Source: Sarea resinae
Taxonomy: Eukaryota
DNA: 64,000 bases
Direction of reading: 5' to 3'
Assembly: GCA_026026165.1 (NCBI GenBank)
Contig: JAPEUD010000001.1
Location: 434,001-498,000 of the forward strand
Position 1 is the stretch's first letter, and each line of letters opens with the position of its first letter. Made by a program: the position numbers and the translations under genes. The notes below the pieces were generated by a model. It ran no database searches, was not told the origin of the DNA, and saw only the letters and a list, made by a program, of their open reading frames with translations. Of the stretch, positions 50,530 through 63,712 are shown in pieces.

Positions 50530-52867
50530 ATGGAGGGAGAAATCAGGACCCAGATTCCCAATATCGACCCAGTGGTATCAGAATATTCCGTGGGATATCT
50601 AACACATGCTTCGAATAACTTGACAGAAGAGAGCGACACCAGTGGGCCTCCTCCACTCGAGGAAGCCATATCGACAATTACTGCCCTTCTTGTTTCAGCC
50701 TCTGGCGACCCTTCACCTCAAAGTGAGGCCTCCATCCATAACTTGGTAGAAAAGTTCGTTTCGAAGCTCAGTGCCGCAAATGGAGTCGATGGCGAGAGGA
50801 GGCAGATCGCGTCCCATACGAGGAAACTGGAGCAAGCGATACAAGTGGGAGCGCAGCGAAACATCTCTTCTACTTTGGGGCTGGCTGGCGGTGGGGTCGA
50901 TCTCGAATCTGCGAATGCCAGAAAGGTCGAGTCCAAGGTCGACAGGAAAAAGTTAGAGAAGGCAGAACGGAAGATTCGGGCTAAGCAAGACAAAAAGGAA
51001 ATGAAAAATGTCGAGTACGAGGCCTCGAGGCTGCTCAACGAGCCTTCCGAGGCCCAATCCTACGAGGAGTTCTTCATGGCTGTCAATCCTCTACAGTTGG
51101 GGGCTGATGCGGCTTCAAAGAGCAAGGACATCAAGGTCGACGGGGTGGATGTCTCGATCGGCGGCAAGCGTATACTGAGCGATACATCTTTGACTCTTGC
51201 CTATGGGCGAAGATACGGTCTGGTTGGGCAGAACGGTATCGGAAAGTCTACTCTTTTGCGAGCGCTCAGTCGGAGAGAGCTTGCTATTCCTACCCATATA
51301 TCAATCTTGCATGTCGAACAGGAGATCACAGGCGATGATACACCTGCTCTGCAGGCGGTTTTGGATGCTGATGTTTGGCGAAAACATCTTCTCCACGAAC
51401 AAGAGAAAATAACCCGGGAACTTAACGAGCTTGAAGTAGAACGATCATCTATGGCTGATACGTCGGCTGACGCGGCGAAGCTCGACAAGCAGAGGGAAGG
51501 CCTCGATACTACCCTCACAGATATCCATGCCAAGCTCTCTGAGATGGAATCGGACAAGGCCGAATCGAGAGCTGCCAGCATCCTTGCTGGCTTGGGTTTT
51601 TCTGCGGAACGACAGCAATTTGCCACGAAGACGTTCTCTGGTGGTTGGAGAATGAGACTGGCATTAGCCCGAGCTCTGTTCTGCGAGCCGGATCTCCTCT
51701 TGCTCGACGAACCGTCGAACATGTTGGATGTCCCCTCAATCACCTTCCTTTCAAATTATCTTCAAGGCTACCCCAGCACCGTGCTTGTGGTATCTCACGA
51801 CCGAGCATTCCTGAACGAAGTTGCCACAGACATCATCCACCAGCACTCGGAGCGCCTCGATTACTACAAGGGTGCCAACTTTGATTCATTCTACAACACT
51901 AAAGAGGAAAGAAGAAAGACGGCCAAGCGCGAATACGAGAACCAAATGGCAGTACGGGCACATCTCCAAGCCTTCATCGATAAATTTAGATACAACGCGG
52001 CCAAATCTTCCGAAGCCCAGTCGCGAATCAAGAAGCTCGAAAAGATGCCTGTCCTCGATGCGCCCGAGGCCGAATACAGCGTGCACTTCAAATTTCCCGA
52101 AGTCGAGAAGCTGTCTCCGCCCATCATTCAGATGACCGACGTCGCGTTCGGCTACACGCCCGACAGGCCACTCCTCAAGCACATCGACCTCGATGTCCAG
52201 CTCGATTCACGTATTGGTATCGTCGGACCTAACGGCGCGGGTAAGACCACTGTACTCAAACTGCTCATTGGGCAACTAGAGCCGTCATCTGGCCTGATCT
52301 CCCAGAATCCCCGTCTGCGTATTGGTTTCTTTGCTCAGCATCACGTCGATGCCTTAGATCTCAACACCAGCGCTGTTGGCTTCATGACCAAGAAATTCCC
52401 GGGGAAGACGGACGAGGAATATCGAAGACATCTTGGCGCGTACGTACAACGAGACTCCCCATATCCCTAAAATACATAGTCGCATTGCATACTAACTCCC
52501 CCACTCCAACAGCTTCGGCATTACAGGAATGACGGGTCTGCAAAAAATGGACCTCCTTTCCGGTGGCCAGAAATCCCGTGTAGCATTCGCCTGTCTCTCA
52601 TTGACAAACCCACACATCCTCGTGCTCGACGAACCCTCCAATCACCTCGATATCGAAGCCATGGACGCCCTATCTTTGGCCCTCCAAAACTTCCAGGGCG
52701 GTGTCTTGATGGTCAGTCACGACGTCACCATGTTGCAGACCGTCTGCAAGAGCCTGTGGGTCTGCGATAATGGCATCGTCGAGAAGTTTCCCGGTGACGT
52801 CAATGCTTATAAGAGAAGGATTGCTGCGCAGGCGAATGATGCTGGCGTTGTGCAGGCGCAAAAGTAG
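50530..52867 (+). CDS. gcn20: ABC-F ATPase Gcn20/ABCF3 (exons 50530-52439, 52513-52867)
   Basis: Two NBDs (GQNGIGKST / FSGGWRMRL / LLLDEPSN; GPNGAGKTT / LSGGQKSRV / LVLDEPSNHLD), no TM segments. Gcn20-type N-terminus (IDPVVSEYSVGYL; RKVESKVDRKKLEKAERK) and linker FIDKFRYNAAKSSEAQSRIK. Confidence 0.9.
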
Positions 52868-53169
52868 GGGGCTCTTGTACGAGGTTGCTTGCTTTGTGCA
52901 TGGTGTATGTTGTGCATATGTTTGCGCTTGTATCCAATTGGGCTTCTTTTGTGCATATCATGGTGCTATCTCATCTCTCTCTTACTTGCTCGACAAAGGC
53001 CCTTCAATATCTTTTTTAGACGGATTGTGCAAAGCGTCCCCCAATCTTGACGAGCATATTGAACGCAGAAACACGACCAACTAGCTATCCTATCCACTCA
53101 GGTATTGGAACCCAGAGACACCTAGTCTAGCAGATCCATAGCCCATTTTATCTCTTCAACTTCCATCAA

Positions 53170-56100
53170 TCACGCATCCACCAACATAAGTCTAACCCGT
53201 CTCTTCCCTGTGCCTTCCTCAACCTCATCACTAATCCTGACTCTACACCTCTCAAACAACGCAATGGCCCGCTCGGCTTTTCCAGCCTCCTTGACCTTGA
53301 GCACGTAATTATCGGCCTCGAAGACGGCCTCGGGTTCCGGAGTGCCCATCTCCCTTAGCCTGATCACGCCTTCGATACCGAAGCGGGGCACGAACACGAC
53401 GAATCCGTTCGAGAAGACCTTCATCACGAACCCCTCTTCCTCGACGACGCGGCCCTTGAGAGCCTGGCCAACGTAATACTCGATGCTCGCGCGACCGGCG
53501 AGTTGCGCGTTGCGGTGCCGCGTGTTGATATTCTTGCACACGCCCTCCAGCCGTCTCTTGCTCCTGAGACTGGCATCCAGCTCCTCGTAGCCAATAGCTG
53601 CCGCCAGCTGCCGATGGGCGACCAGGTCGGCGTAGCGTCGGATGGGCGACGTAAAGTGCGTGTAGATCGGCGTGGCGAGGCCGTAATGTCTGTATTCCTG
53701 GGCCGGGTGCGCGCCCGACGGGAAATATTCGGCCGACATCATACAACGGGTCGCGAGGATACGGATGAGGGTGTTGAAGAACGGTTCTGTAGGGTCGACG
53801 CAGGTATCTAAGGAAGAGGCAAGCGCGGCCGAGGAGGTGGTGGAAAGGGAGAGGTGACGGCGAACTTTGAGCTGGTTTTGAAGCTCTTCGAAATTAGTGC
53901 TTGGGGGTGGAGCGTGGCGTCTGTTGTTTGGGTCAGTCGTGTCAGATTCAATTGAAAGGCAAGTGGATGGACTTACCTGAGCATGGCTGTTTGGGGAAAC
54001 GCATCATATATCCTCCCTGCGACGCTGATGTTGGCGAGCAGCATAAACTCCTCCACCAGCGAATTGGTATCCAGCATCTTCTTTGTTTCGACGTCAACGG
54101 GATCCGATGTTTCGGACTCGGTCTGGATTTTCACTTCGGGGCTGGCGAGATTCAGGGCTCCGGCGTCCATACGCTTCTGTCGCAGCTTTTTCGAGAGCAT
54201 CAGAAGTGTTCGCATACCCTGTGTCAGCTCGTCCGTTTGTGCGCTGTCGTCAATCCGGAGCTGAGCCTGCTCGTAGCTGAACGCCTCGCGGGACCGAATG
54301 ACGGATTTAGTGAATTTGGTGTTGACGATCTCTGCATCAGGTGTTATCTCCCATAGTGTGGAAAACGAGTACCGCTCGACATATGGCTTTAGAGAGCAAA
54401 GGTCGGTGCCCAGGAGCATCGGAAGCATGTCAATCCGCTTGTCTACCAGGTAGACCGTCGTTCCTCTTATGCTGGCCTCAGTGTCCATGGCATTGTTCGG
54501 CTTAACAAAGTGCGAGACGTCGGCGATATGCACGCCAACCTCGAAATTGCCATTTGGTAAGGGACGAGCATGGAGCGCATCATCAATGTCTTGACACCCA
54601 GGGGGATCTATACTGCAAACAAGCAAGTCTCTCAGATCCTGACGCCCAATCCATCCAGGGTCTTCTGTGCTCGCGGGAACCTTCCAGTCGTGACCCTCCT
54701 TTGGTAGACAATCCAGCACCCCTTTGGGAAAAGGGCGATATTGAACGTCGTATTCGAGCAGCAGAGCTTCAGTCTCGGCGTCCTTTGTCTCCAGCGCACC
54801 GAGCGATCTAACGAAATGGCCAACTGGGTACCGCGATTCCCTGTCCCAGGCATCAATGGTGACTAGAATTCGCTTTCCCATCAGTTCACCGGCCTGCCGA
54901 GTGCGTACACGAATCTTAGGGATCCGTTTATCCATTGGTATCAGGAATGCCGTATGTTGCTTCCGACTCTGCTTGGAGGATGCGCTGATCGAACTTGAAT
55001 CAACATGCCCTACATACTGCCGCCAATTTCTCTTGATGATTCCGACGACGCGAGCCGTGGGTTGCGGGCGCCCCTCGATGCTTTGACCTTGTGTTTGTTT
55101 CACTTCCTCTTGCAGTGCCCTCCGTTCTTTCTCCGTGACCACGGCCTCGGCATCTTCCACTTCAGCATTTTCATTTTTGTTTAGATTCTCCTCGTCTATT
55201 ATCTTGGTTGACGGGGCTTTCCATTGGTCTTTGGGTAGAATCTCAACAACCACGATGTCGTCTTGAACTGCACGATTGCTGTTCTCTCGACCGAGGATAA
55301 GGAGAGACTTTTGAAATGCCGGAACACGGATGGAGCCTTCGAGGTAATTGTAGGGTGACACGTTGAAGATGCCTTGATGTAGAGTGCCAGCTTTGATGCC
55401 GGTCATCATCTTTGAAAGGGAGTAGTACTGGAAGAACTTTAGTAGTCTGCTCTTCTGGCTGAAGGGGTTTGAATCTTACCTCGGGATAGAGGAGCTCTGT
55501 CTTGGCGGTCCGGACTTCCTGGTCTTTCTGGCTAGCACTGATCATGTCGAGTAATCGATCAGCATCTGGCAAGCCAGAAACGTAATCAGACACTGGGCCA
55601 GAGACATTAGCTGTGCTGGCCTCGTTCGGAAGGGGCAGATGCATAACCTACACGAGCAAGCGGTAATTTTGTCCGCCTTTGCCTTGCGCAAGTTCTCCTT
55701 GTCGTCACTAAGCATGACAATCGCGGGGCACTTCTTTGACGCGCCAGCAGTGTTCACAGCCTGTTGCAAATGTTCTGCATACCACTTCACCGCCTGGCGA
55801 ACCGCTCGGTCATTCCGATCATTGATCGTCTCGCCCTGACCCCGAAGCGTATAGGTCTCCAGTCTAAAGTCGTTGAAGAAAACATAGAATCGCTTCTGCT
55901 CGCTCTTGGTCAACGCGATCAGTCTATTATAGAGAGGGAGCGATCGATTTCGCGTCTCCTCCAGAACGGTTTGCAGGATAATGACATCGTAAAAGGCCGA
56001 GCTGAGCTCGAAAAGGTCCATGCCATTGAGAATGGCGTTGGTATCGGGAACCAGATAATGGCCATTCGGAAAGGCCGTGGTTTGGCCGGGCCGGTCGGCC

Positions 56101-56365
56101 AGGACGAAGGGGGCAACTAGAACACTGTCAATTTCATTCCCAATTTACCCAAGGGCAAAGCGTCCATACCGACGCCGTTCGCATCTGCTGGCGCAGTCGA
56201 CAAGCAAGCGGAGCAGAGCTTCGACGAGCACGGAATATCTTGTCGCAGGTACAGCTCCCTCACGATCTTCTGGACTTTGCCACTTTTCGTCGACCTCACG
56301 TAGACTTTGCTGGAGATATTCGGAGCATGCAGATCCGCCGCCAGACTTCGTTTCAAGCTCGTCAT
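53170..56365 (-). CDS. dis3: Exosome catalytic subunit Dis3/Rrp44 (exons 56365-56170, 56116-55652, 55592-55480, 55427-53977, 53920-53170)
   Basis: [22 protein letters not shown]-domain PDTNA, RNB catalytic [15 protein letters not shown] and [21 protein letters not shown]. Confidence 0.96.
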
Positions 56366-56622
56366 GACGGGTGGACGTGCTCAGAGAGGGTGGTGTTGAG
56401 TTGGATATGATTTTCTATCGATTTGCGTCGGTGCTACCGCGGACGGGGACGGTGATGCGACGGCTAATTCCGGGCCAGGTACCTGATGCTGCCGAGCTGC
56501 CTGCTCGTCCAGTTGTTGATTGAGGTGAGTTGCTTCATCTATGACGACCACTCCATCTACTCCTCCACTCCAACCTCCAACCTCCAACCTCCACCTCTCC
56601 GCTCTTGCATCACACCCTCATC

Positions 56623-58191
56623 ATGTCGCTTGATCCGCCCACCTACCTCTCCTCCCTTCAGAACAACATCCGCGCTCGGCCAATACCATGGGAGGGTGCG
56701 GTGCGAGCCGGTACCATCACCGAGTCCGATCTGAACAAGATCCGCTCCGTCGACAAGGTCCGGAAAGAGCAGCGAAAGCAGACGGTCGAGGCCGATCCGG
56801 CGGGCTTCTGTGCGCTCTTGCTAGGGGGCAGCGGTGCGCAGAGTGTGCTTGAGTCGGCGGGCAGGAGGGGAGATGTGGTGCAGTATATACTCGTGCTGGC
56901 CGGAGACCTGATCGATGGTATGAATCACAAAACACCACTACTCTGCTCAAGAACAGCAGCCTGACTTGCCTATCAAGATATTCCTACCTTCACCACGGCG
57001 CTCCTCCGCCACTCGGATCCCTACAAACCTTTCGTCCCACTCCTGACGCAGTCCGCGAACCCCGAAGACGCAATCCCGCTCCTGGCATCTTCAGTCCTGA
57101 CGTCGCTGATCTCGCACGCCCTCACCACCATCTCCAAGCCTTCTCCGAAGACCAAAGAAGCTCTCCCCAAACTCTACGCCTACCTATCCATTCTCGCCAA
57201 GAGCTCCGACACGGGTCTACAAGACATCGCCGTGCAAGAATACTCGGCTCTGCTGCGCACCACCACCTCGCGCGAGCTGTTCTGGGCCCAGAGACAAGAG
57301 ACGGTCAGCCCACTCATTGACATCCTGCGCGCTGCGGCGGGCAAGGAAGCCGACGTGGCCACGAATGGGACTTCGGGCATGAGTGTACGCAGCATGAATG
57401 ACAGCAGCGGCGTTGCTGGTGGAGTCGGGCTGCAGCTCTTATACCACGTGCTCCTTGTGCTCTGGCAACTCAGCTTCGACGGTGCCCTTGTAGGCGAAGG
57501 TCTAGACGAGTACGTGTGTCTTCTCTGCAATTCCAACCTTGGCTTTATTAAGCCGTCAAACTAACGGCTCATTACCAGAGAATACAATCTCCTCCCCCTC
57601 TACGCAACCCTGCTACGCTCCTCACCCAAAGAGAAAACTACGCGTCTCCTTCTATCGACCCTCCATAACCTCCTCTCCTCCAACCCATCCACGCTCATCC
57701 CCCTCGCCGTCCTTGCGCGCCTCCCCTCCCTCCTCAGCAACCTCCGGTCCCGCCACCTTACCGACCCCGACCTCCTCGAAGACCTCAACGCCCTCACCGA
57801 CCTCCTGAACGATTACACGACGAAACGCACCACGTTCGACGAGTACGCGGCCGAAGTGCGCTCCGGCCATCTGCGTTGGTCCCCACCTCACCGCAACGAC
57901 GAGTTCTGGCGCCAGAATGCCCGCAAGATCCTCGACGACATGCACGGCGACCTGCCCAAACGACTCGCCGAGATCGCGTCCAAGGCATGGGAGAACGACC
58001 CTCAGGTCCTCGCCGTGGCCTGCAACGACGTCGCCTGCCTCGTCAAAGAGGTTCCGGAGCGACGGATGCAGATGGAGAAGGCCGGGCTCAAGGCACGGGT
58101 CATGGCGCTCATGGGTCATCCGGATGAGAGCGTCCGGTGGGAGGCGCTGAGGGCGGTGGGCGAGTGGTTACGGTATAGTTTTGACGAGTAA
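56623..58191 (+). CDS. vma13: V-ATPase V1 subunit H (exons 56623-56917, 56978-57509, 57579-58191)
   Basis: NIRARPIPWEGAVRAG, LQLLYHVLLVLWQLSF, KEKTTRL, TFDEYAAEVRSGHLRWSPPH..FWRQNA and VLAVACND. Confidence 0.93.
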
Positions 58192-58740
58192 AGACGACGT
58201 GGAGTAGAGCGAGGGGGGGGGGTTCATTCTAGCTTCACGGGCCTACCTTATCTTGTCTGATCTCGTGACCCCGGGGGGGCCACTGTATTTTATTGCTTCT
58301 CTATCTATCTACACATGTCTTCTATAGTCCGTGGACTCAGCAACGGAAACGGAGATCCTTCATCCAGAGAAAACGAAGAAACCCATATCTTGTCATCAGC
58401 TGTATATCCGGCTTTTGTCGTTAAAGAAAACCTCTCTATGCATGCATGTACTCACTCAATGATCACCACCACATCCCGAGCATCTTTTTGAAATGTTGCA
58501 GCGAAGGCTCGTTTGTTTGTTTGTTTGTTTGTTAGTCTGCTTGTTAGTAAATTCGGGCACCAGCCAACATCAATCGTCAATCGTCGAACGTCCTTCAACG
58601 ACGACGCCTTCTGCCATCCTGATCCATACATGCATGCATGCTCGACGAAGATTGATGATTCGGGGTTGGGTCTGGGGCTGCAGTACAGTACTGTACACCT
58701 ACCTACCTGACCCCCGGCCATAAGATAGGGGGCCTTGCCC

Positions 58741-59056
58741 ACCCTACCTTACCTTACCTTACCCTACCTTACCTTACCTTACCTTACCTTACCCTACCTT
58801 ACCTACCCGCACCTAGTAGATGCCTTATTCCCATCCCTCACTCACTCACTCAATCAACCAAAATCAAGGGCGTAAAAGTGGCCAAGGTCCGGTGGAAAAA
58901 AGGGGTCATCCGCACGTTTCTCTAGCACAGCATAAAGTTGCATGCATGATTGATCTGATCTCTAGTGATCTCTAGCCGAGAAGGTGAAGGATTGAGATCG
59001 GTCGGTAGGCTTTGTTGATTGATTGGGTAAGCAAGTAAGCAAGTAATCAGGCAAGT

Positions 59057-59087
<31 letters not shown>

Positions 59088-59144
59088 TAAAAGGGGCATC
59101 TATCTAGCCAACGTCTGTCTCCGCGAGGAAAACCACATACATAT

Positions 59145-59194
<50 letters not shown>

Positions 59195-59620
59195 AACAAG
59201 AAACAGAAAAGAGCAGAAAAGCGTAGGCCAGCCACACTCTTAGCAGAGGAATAGTTCTACTACTTTACTTTACTTTGCATGATATCACTTTACTTTACCT
59301 GAGGCCGAGTTAGACATGGTAGAAGGGGTGGGATGAATTATCGACGTGGTAGGATTATGGAAGTTGTAGGATTCTAGAAGATTATAGAAGTTGGTAGAAT
59401 TGTAGACCTATAGAATTATAGAATGATAGAATTATAGAATTATAGAAGGAAAGAAAGTAAACAAATACAATTAGGACTTAAGAACACTATAATCGCTCCC
59501 TACCTACCTACATAATACATTGATTATCATTATTATTATCATTATTATTATCATCATCCTTATCATCATCATCATTATTATCCGCCGCAAGTAAGTAAGT
59601 AAGTAAGCAAGTAAGCAACA
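58741..59620. repeat. Cluster of microsatellites: (TACCT/TACCC)n 58741-58807, (AAGT/AATC)n about 59027-59086, (CT)n 59146-59189, (TACTT)n, (ATAGAATT)n-like about 59375-59447, (ATT/ATC)n 59517-59582, (AAGT)n about 59588-59616
   Basis: Directly visible low-complexity tracts between the convergent vma13 and LIM genes. Confidence 0.9.
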
Positions 59621-60072
59621 AGATCATACACACACTACCTTATCTACCTATTACTGCCTTTGTAAACGCCAACGCCTTGTTACCCCAATCGTTTCTCATC
59701 TCGACCCTTTTGACATTTTCTTCTTTTCCAACATTCTCATTTTACTTTTTTTTTATGGTTCGAAGATTCGCCGAATTGCAATACCGATATCGTAGAAAAC
59801 TAAATGTAGATCGATCAACGGAGAAAAATCCCCGGGAAAGAGAGATACGAGCAGGACCCCTATCACACCGACGCAAAATGCCAAGACGGACGAAAACAAA
59901 GGAAAGGAAGATTTAGAGTCAAGGTTAGCAGGTAGATAGATTGATAGTCCTCCTTTTCTTTGCTCGTCATTCAACCCTCGACTTCTCCTCCTATACGAAA
60001 TCAAAGCCAATCCAACCACAGGGAAATGCAGAGTTGCGGTAGTCATAAGGACATGTCAATCTCAAATCAAAC

Positions 60073-62830
60073 TCAAGCCTTCAATCGTCTCTCTTCGCAC
60101 TTGACGCACACTGGATCTTGGGACTCGCCACGGAGGAAGTACCGCCCATCGTCAAAGGGGCCACCGCATTCCTGTGTACCAGACCAATGGATTAGTACAT
60201 AATAGGAGAGAATCATCAACTCGACAAGGAAGCCCAAGAGCGAGAACGAAAATAAGAACAGAAATCATACCAGACAGCAAAAGCAATCATTATGCCACTC
60301 AGATCCAAGAGCCTTGACCACCATATCCGTGACAGGCTTACGGCACTTCTTGCATCGCGTCGAGTAGCGGTTTGTGTGGCAATTGACGCACCACGCGTAT
60401 CCGTCCTTTTCCACAAACGGCGTCGAGGGGTCAAATGGCTACATCATATCATGTGTTGTCAGCCTTTGGAAATCATGGTCGATCATTACGGCGTAAAGGG
60501 AAAAAACTTACATCACCACATTCAGCACAGAAAAAGTGTCCAACGTGCCACTCAGCTCCACACGCCACTACAACTTCTCCCTCAATTGGCGTCTTGCAGC
60601 TCTTGCATCGTGGGCTAAACAGCTCGTGAAAGTCTAGATGGCAATAGAACCGTAATGCCTCACTTCCATCATCTGCTTCTCCTTTACCGTCTACCTCGTC
60701 GACTGGCTCTCCACGCGCACGTCGTCGGATACGATCGACGCGTTCGGCCCGCTTGGCGTCTGGTTCGGGATAGAATGCCACGCATTCGAGGCCTTCGCCG
60801 CAATTGTAACAAACAAAGCATTCGGGATGGAAGCGCTGGCCAGCAGCAGAGACTGTGCGACCTGTAATCGGAAGGCTACATTGCGTGCAGGCTGCCGTTG
60901 GACGCCTAACAGAGGGCGAGTAGTGCGGTGTCGAAGAAGGGGCGGTAGCTGCGTGACGGGGAAATGGCCGAGAAGATCTGCCAGTCGGCGTCGGAAGAGG
61001 TCTTGTGCTGCTTCGGGGAGGAGCGCCGACTTTCGAAGGAGCGGCTGGGCCCGCGTTGTCCGACGAGTCTGGGACATTGATTATAGGAATAGGTGGCGCT
61101 GCAGTATCATTGACTCGAATTGAAGGAGGCTCGGAAACGTTGATCGTAGGAACAATGGGTGCTGACGCCGCTGGTCTAGAGGCGAATGACTTGCCCGGTC
61201 TCTCCGGCAACGCTCGCGTACTTGAGTCAGTAGGTATCCGTGATTCCTCCTGCTTTGATTGCGTCTCTCTGGGTTTCCAGGAGGGGTCGAAGCTAACAAT
61301 AGGCTGGCTGGCTTTGTCGCTGACGATCGTAGGAGTCGGTAGCTTGGGGCTTCGGTCTTTCAAGCGCATGCTTGTCGCCGCTCGAATCTCATCGCTCCGT
61401 ACTTCAATTCCATTCTTCATCGGAACCATTTCATCGTTTTTCTTGTCCTCCTTATCCAGAGTATCAGCTGAGCCAGAAGATGTCGGTGGAAAAGAATTGG
61501 AGGAATATTCCGGATTTCTGGATTGAGAAGGAGGATTCCTGTGTATTTCGTATCGGTTTACTTTCTGGTTCTCCACAGGCTGTGCATTGTTGGACCGCTC
61601 AAACGCAGATGCGGCGAATTGAACTTTTGATAATGAATTTCGAGGCTTCACCTTGAGCGGGGCGGGCATAGGGAGCTTTCCGTCCGAACCTCCATCGGGT
61701 TCACCAGATTCTTCCTCTGGCTCTTCGTATATCTGATCATCTGGGTTGCGGAAGATGCCTCGCCCATTCTCTGTGACCAAGTTGCCATATTTGGAGCCGC
61801 TGCTTGTCCTCCGATGTGAAGAAGTCGAGGGCTGATGAAAGGATGCCCAGTCCTTGTAGCTCTTATTGTCCTGCCCATCAGCCCCAACATTGACACCCCG
61901 ACGCTGAGCCCCGTGAGAGTCGTGCCCTGCACTGTCCGGTAGACCCACCGAAGAGTCACTGGAGATTCGGCCACCTTGAGAGCTATCCGTGGCCGAGGTC
62001 GATGTGCTTGAATTCGAGACGTGCCTGGAGTTCCGACCAGGCCCGGAACCATCCTCTGAACCGGAATATTTTCCGATGCTTTGGCTTCGTGCATGGCTAC
62101 CTTTCCGTAGATGCTGCTTGTAGTCGTAGTGTCCTCCCGAATTCCTCGAGGGCAGCCCACGATTCTGATGCTTCAATATCAATTCCGACGCCTCGTCTTG
62201 TGCTGCTGAATGTAAACGAATTTCATCCTTCAAATCCATATCCTCCAGAGCCTCTCGAAGAGATCGAGCCTCCTGCCTTTCCATCCATCGCTGCCCGCTC
62301 TCCCTATACATGTCGGTCGGTTGGACGGTTGTGGAAGCAGCTGACGAGGCCGAAAAGTCCCTGGCAGTCACGCCGGCATGAGGTTGTTGAACGAGAGGAC
62401 GGCCACCATTGCCCGATAAGGAGCTTCTCATAGATGAGGCTGATTGCGCCCGTCGGTGCGACTGCGCGCTGGCGGATCGTGGTGGAAGTTCGGACGCTTG
62501 AGTAGATACAAAGGTTACTGCCGAAGGCACCCGGGACGAATGGGCGGTTTCTGAGGTTGGGTTTGGCGTCATTGCTCGGCCAGGTACACCGATCGAAGGA
62601 AATGGTCTCGCACCACTTGGCCGGGCAACGCGATGAGAGCGCAGGTCGGAAAGATAATTGGCTGTCCAATCTCTTTGTGAGTCGTGGGAACTCGATACAG
62701 GCTTTGTAGTGGCAGGGCCCGGACGATTCCATGAAGAACCGTAGGGTCTGGCACTTGCAGAAACATTCGAAGGAGGAGGCTGCTGACCAACTTGCTCAGA
62801 AGTCATAAAAGATGGGCCCGGAGCCGCCAT
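60073..62830 (-). CDS. LIM-domain (paxillin-like) protein with three C-terminal LIM domains (exons 62830-60512, 60438-60271, 60171-60073)
   Basis: CTQC...FHPECFVCYNC...FYCHLDF; CKSC...WHVGHFFCAEC...WCVNCH; CKKC...WHNDCFCCLEC...CVKC. Long disordered N-terminus. Confidence 0.88.
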
Positions 62831-63712
62831 GGTTCCGGTCGGGTCTTGACTTCTGGATTAATGGGTAATGATGGGTGATGGCGAGGTTACGAGGTTGAAT
62901 TCCTGATCTTGATATGCGAATGCCAACAGCACCGGGGGATGCCAATCCGAAACGAGGCGAAGAATCGAAGGGTAATGATTTTGGAGACGGCTGGGTAAGA
63001 CTAGGATTACAATAAAGGTCGTCAAACGGGCCTCGTTAGCCAAAACGAAGGTGGAGCGGGTAGATCGGAGAGATTGGTGATGGTGACGGAGCGGATGGCA
63101 GGTTTGGGAGGATGCAGTTGAATGCACAAGAGAGCGGTGGGAAACGAACGACGTTGTTGTTGATCCGAGTGCAGGGAGTGCAGATGCAGCAGTAGGGGCA
63201 TGGATGTCCAAATGTGGAGCCGTGTCGACGATCAGGTCAACAACAACATGAACAGGGCGCCCAGGTACCTGATGGAGACATCAGCGTTGTCGGTCCCGTC
63301 GACTCCTCTTGGGTGATCACGTCAGTAGCCTGGTGTCTTGTGAGGCGACAGGTCGTGTGTACACTTGGAGTATGCCATGCCAATGCTAACGTTGTGATGA
63401 CTGATGAGGGTGAATTATTGGTTGACAGAGCAACAGCGAGCAAGCGCCATAGGAGCCGTGTATCGGAGTACTTCATAACAATACACAGTCACTCGGTTGG
63501 TCAACGAGCGATCCGTGCTCCTTCGACTTCGTTCCCGCGCCCTAGTCCAAGCGAGATGGCCCCTGCCCTCTCTTCACCGATGATGGGCCCGGCTTTACTG
63601 AAGTACGTGGAGGAATAGATGACTTGGACATTCGACACTCGCTTTACTTCTGATGGATGATGCGCCGCATGATAAAAGAGTAGAGCATTGCATTGCGTGG
63701 CTGAGCCTGCAC

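Noticed and set aside
58741..59620. CRISPR-like array or transposon remnant
   Set aside because: Only simple microsatellites, with no repeat-spacer structure, terminal repeats or transposase/RT fragments.
51201..61526. Long antisense ORFs over gcn20, dis3, vma13 and the LIM gene
   Set aside because: Shadow ORFs expected from codon bias of the real genes on the opposite strand.
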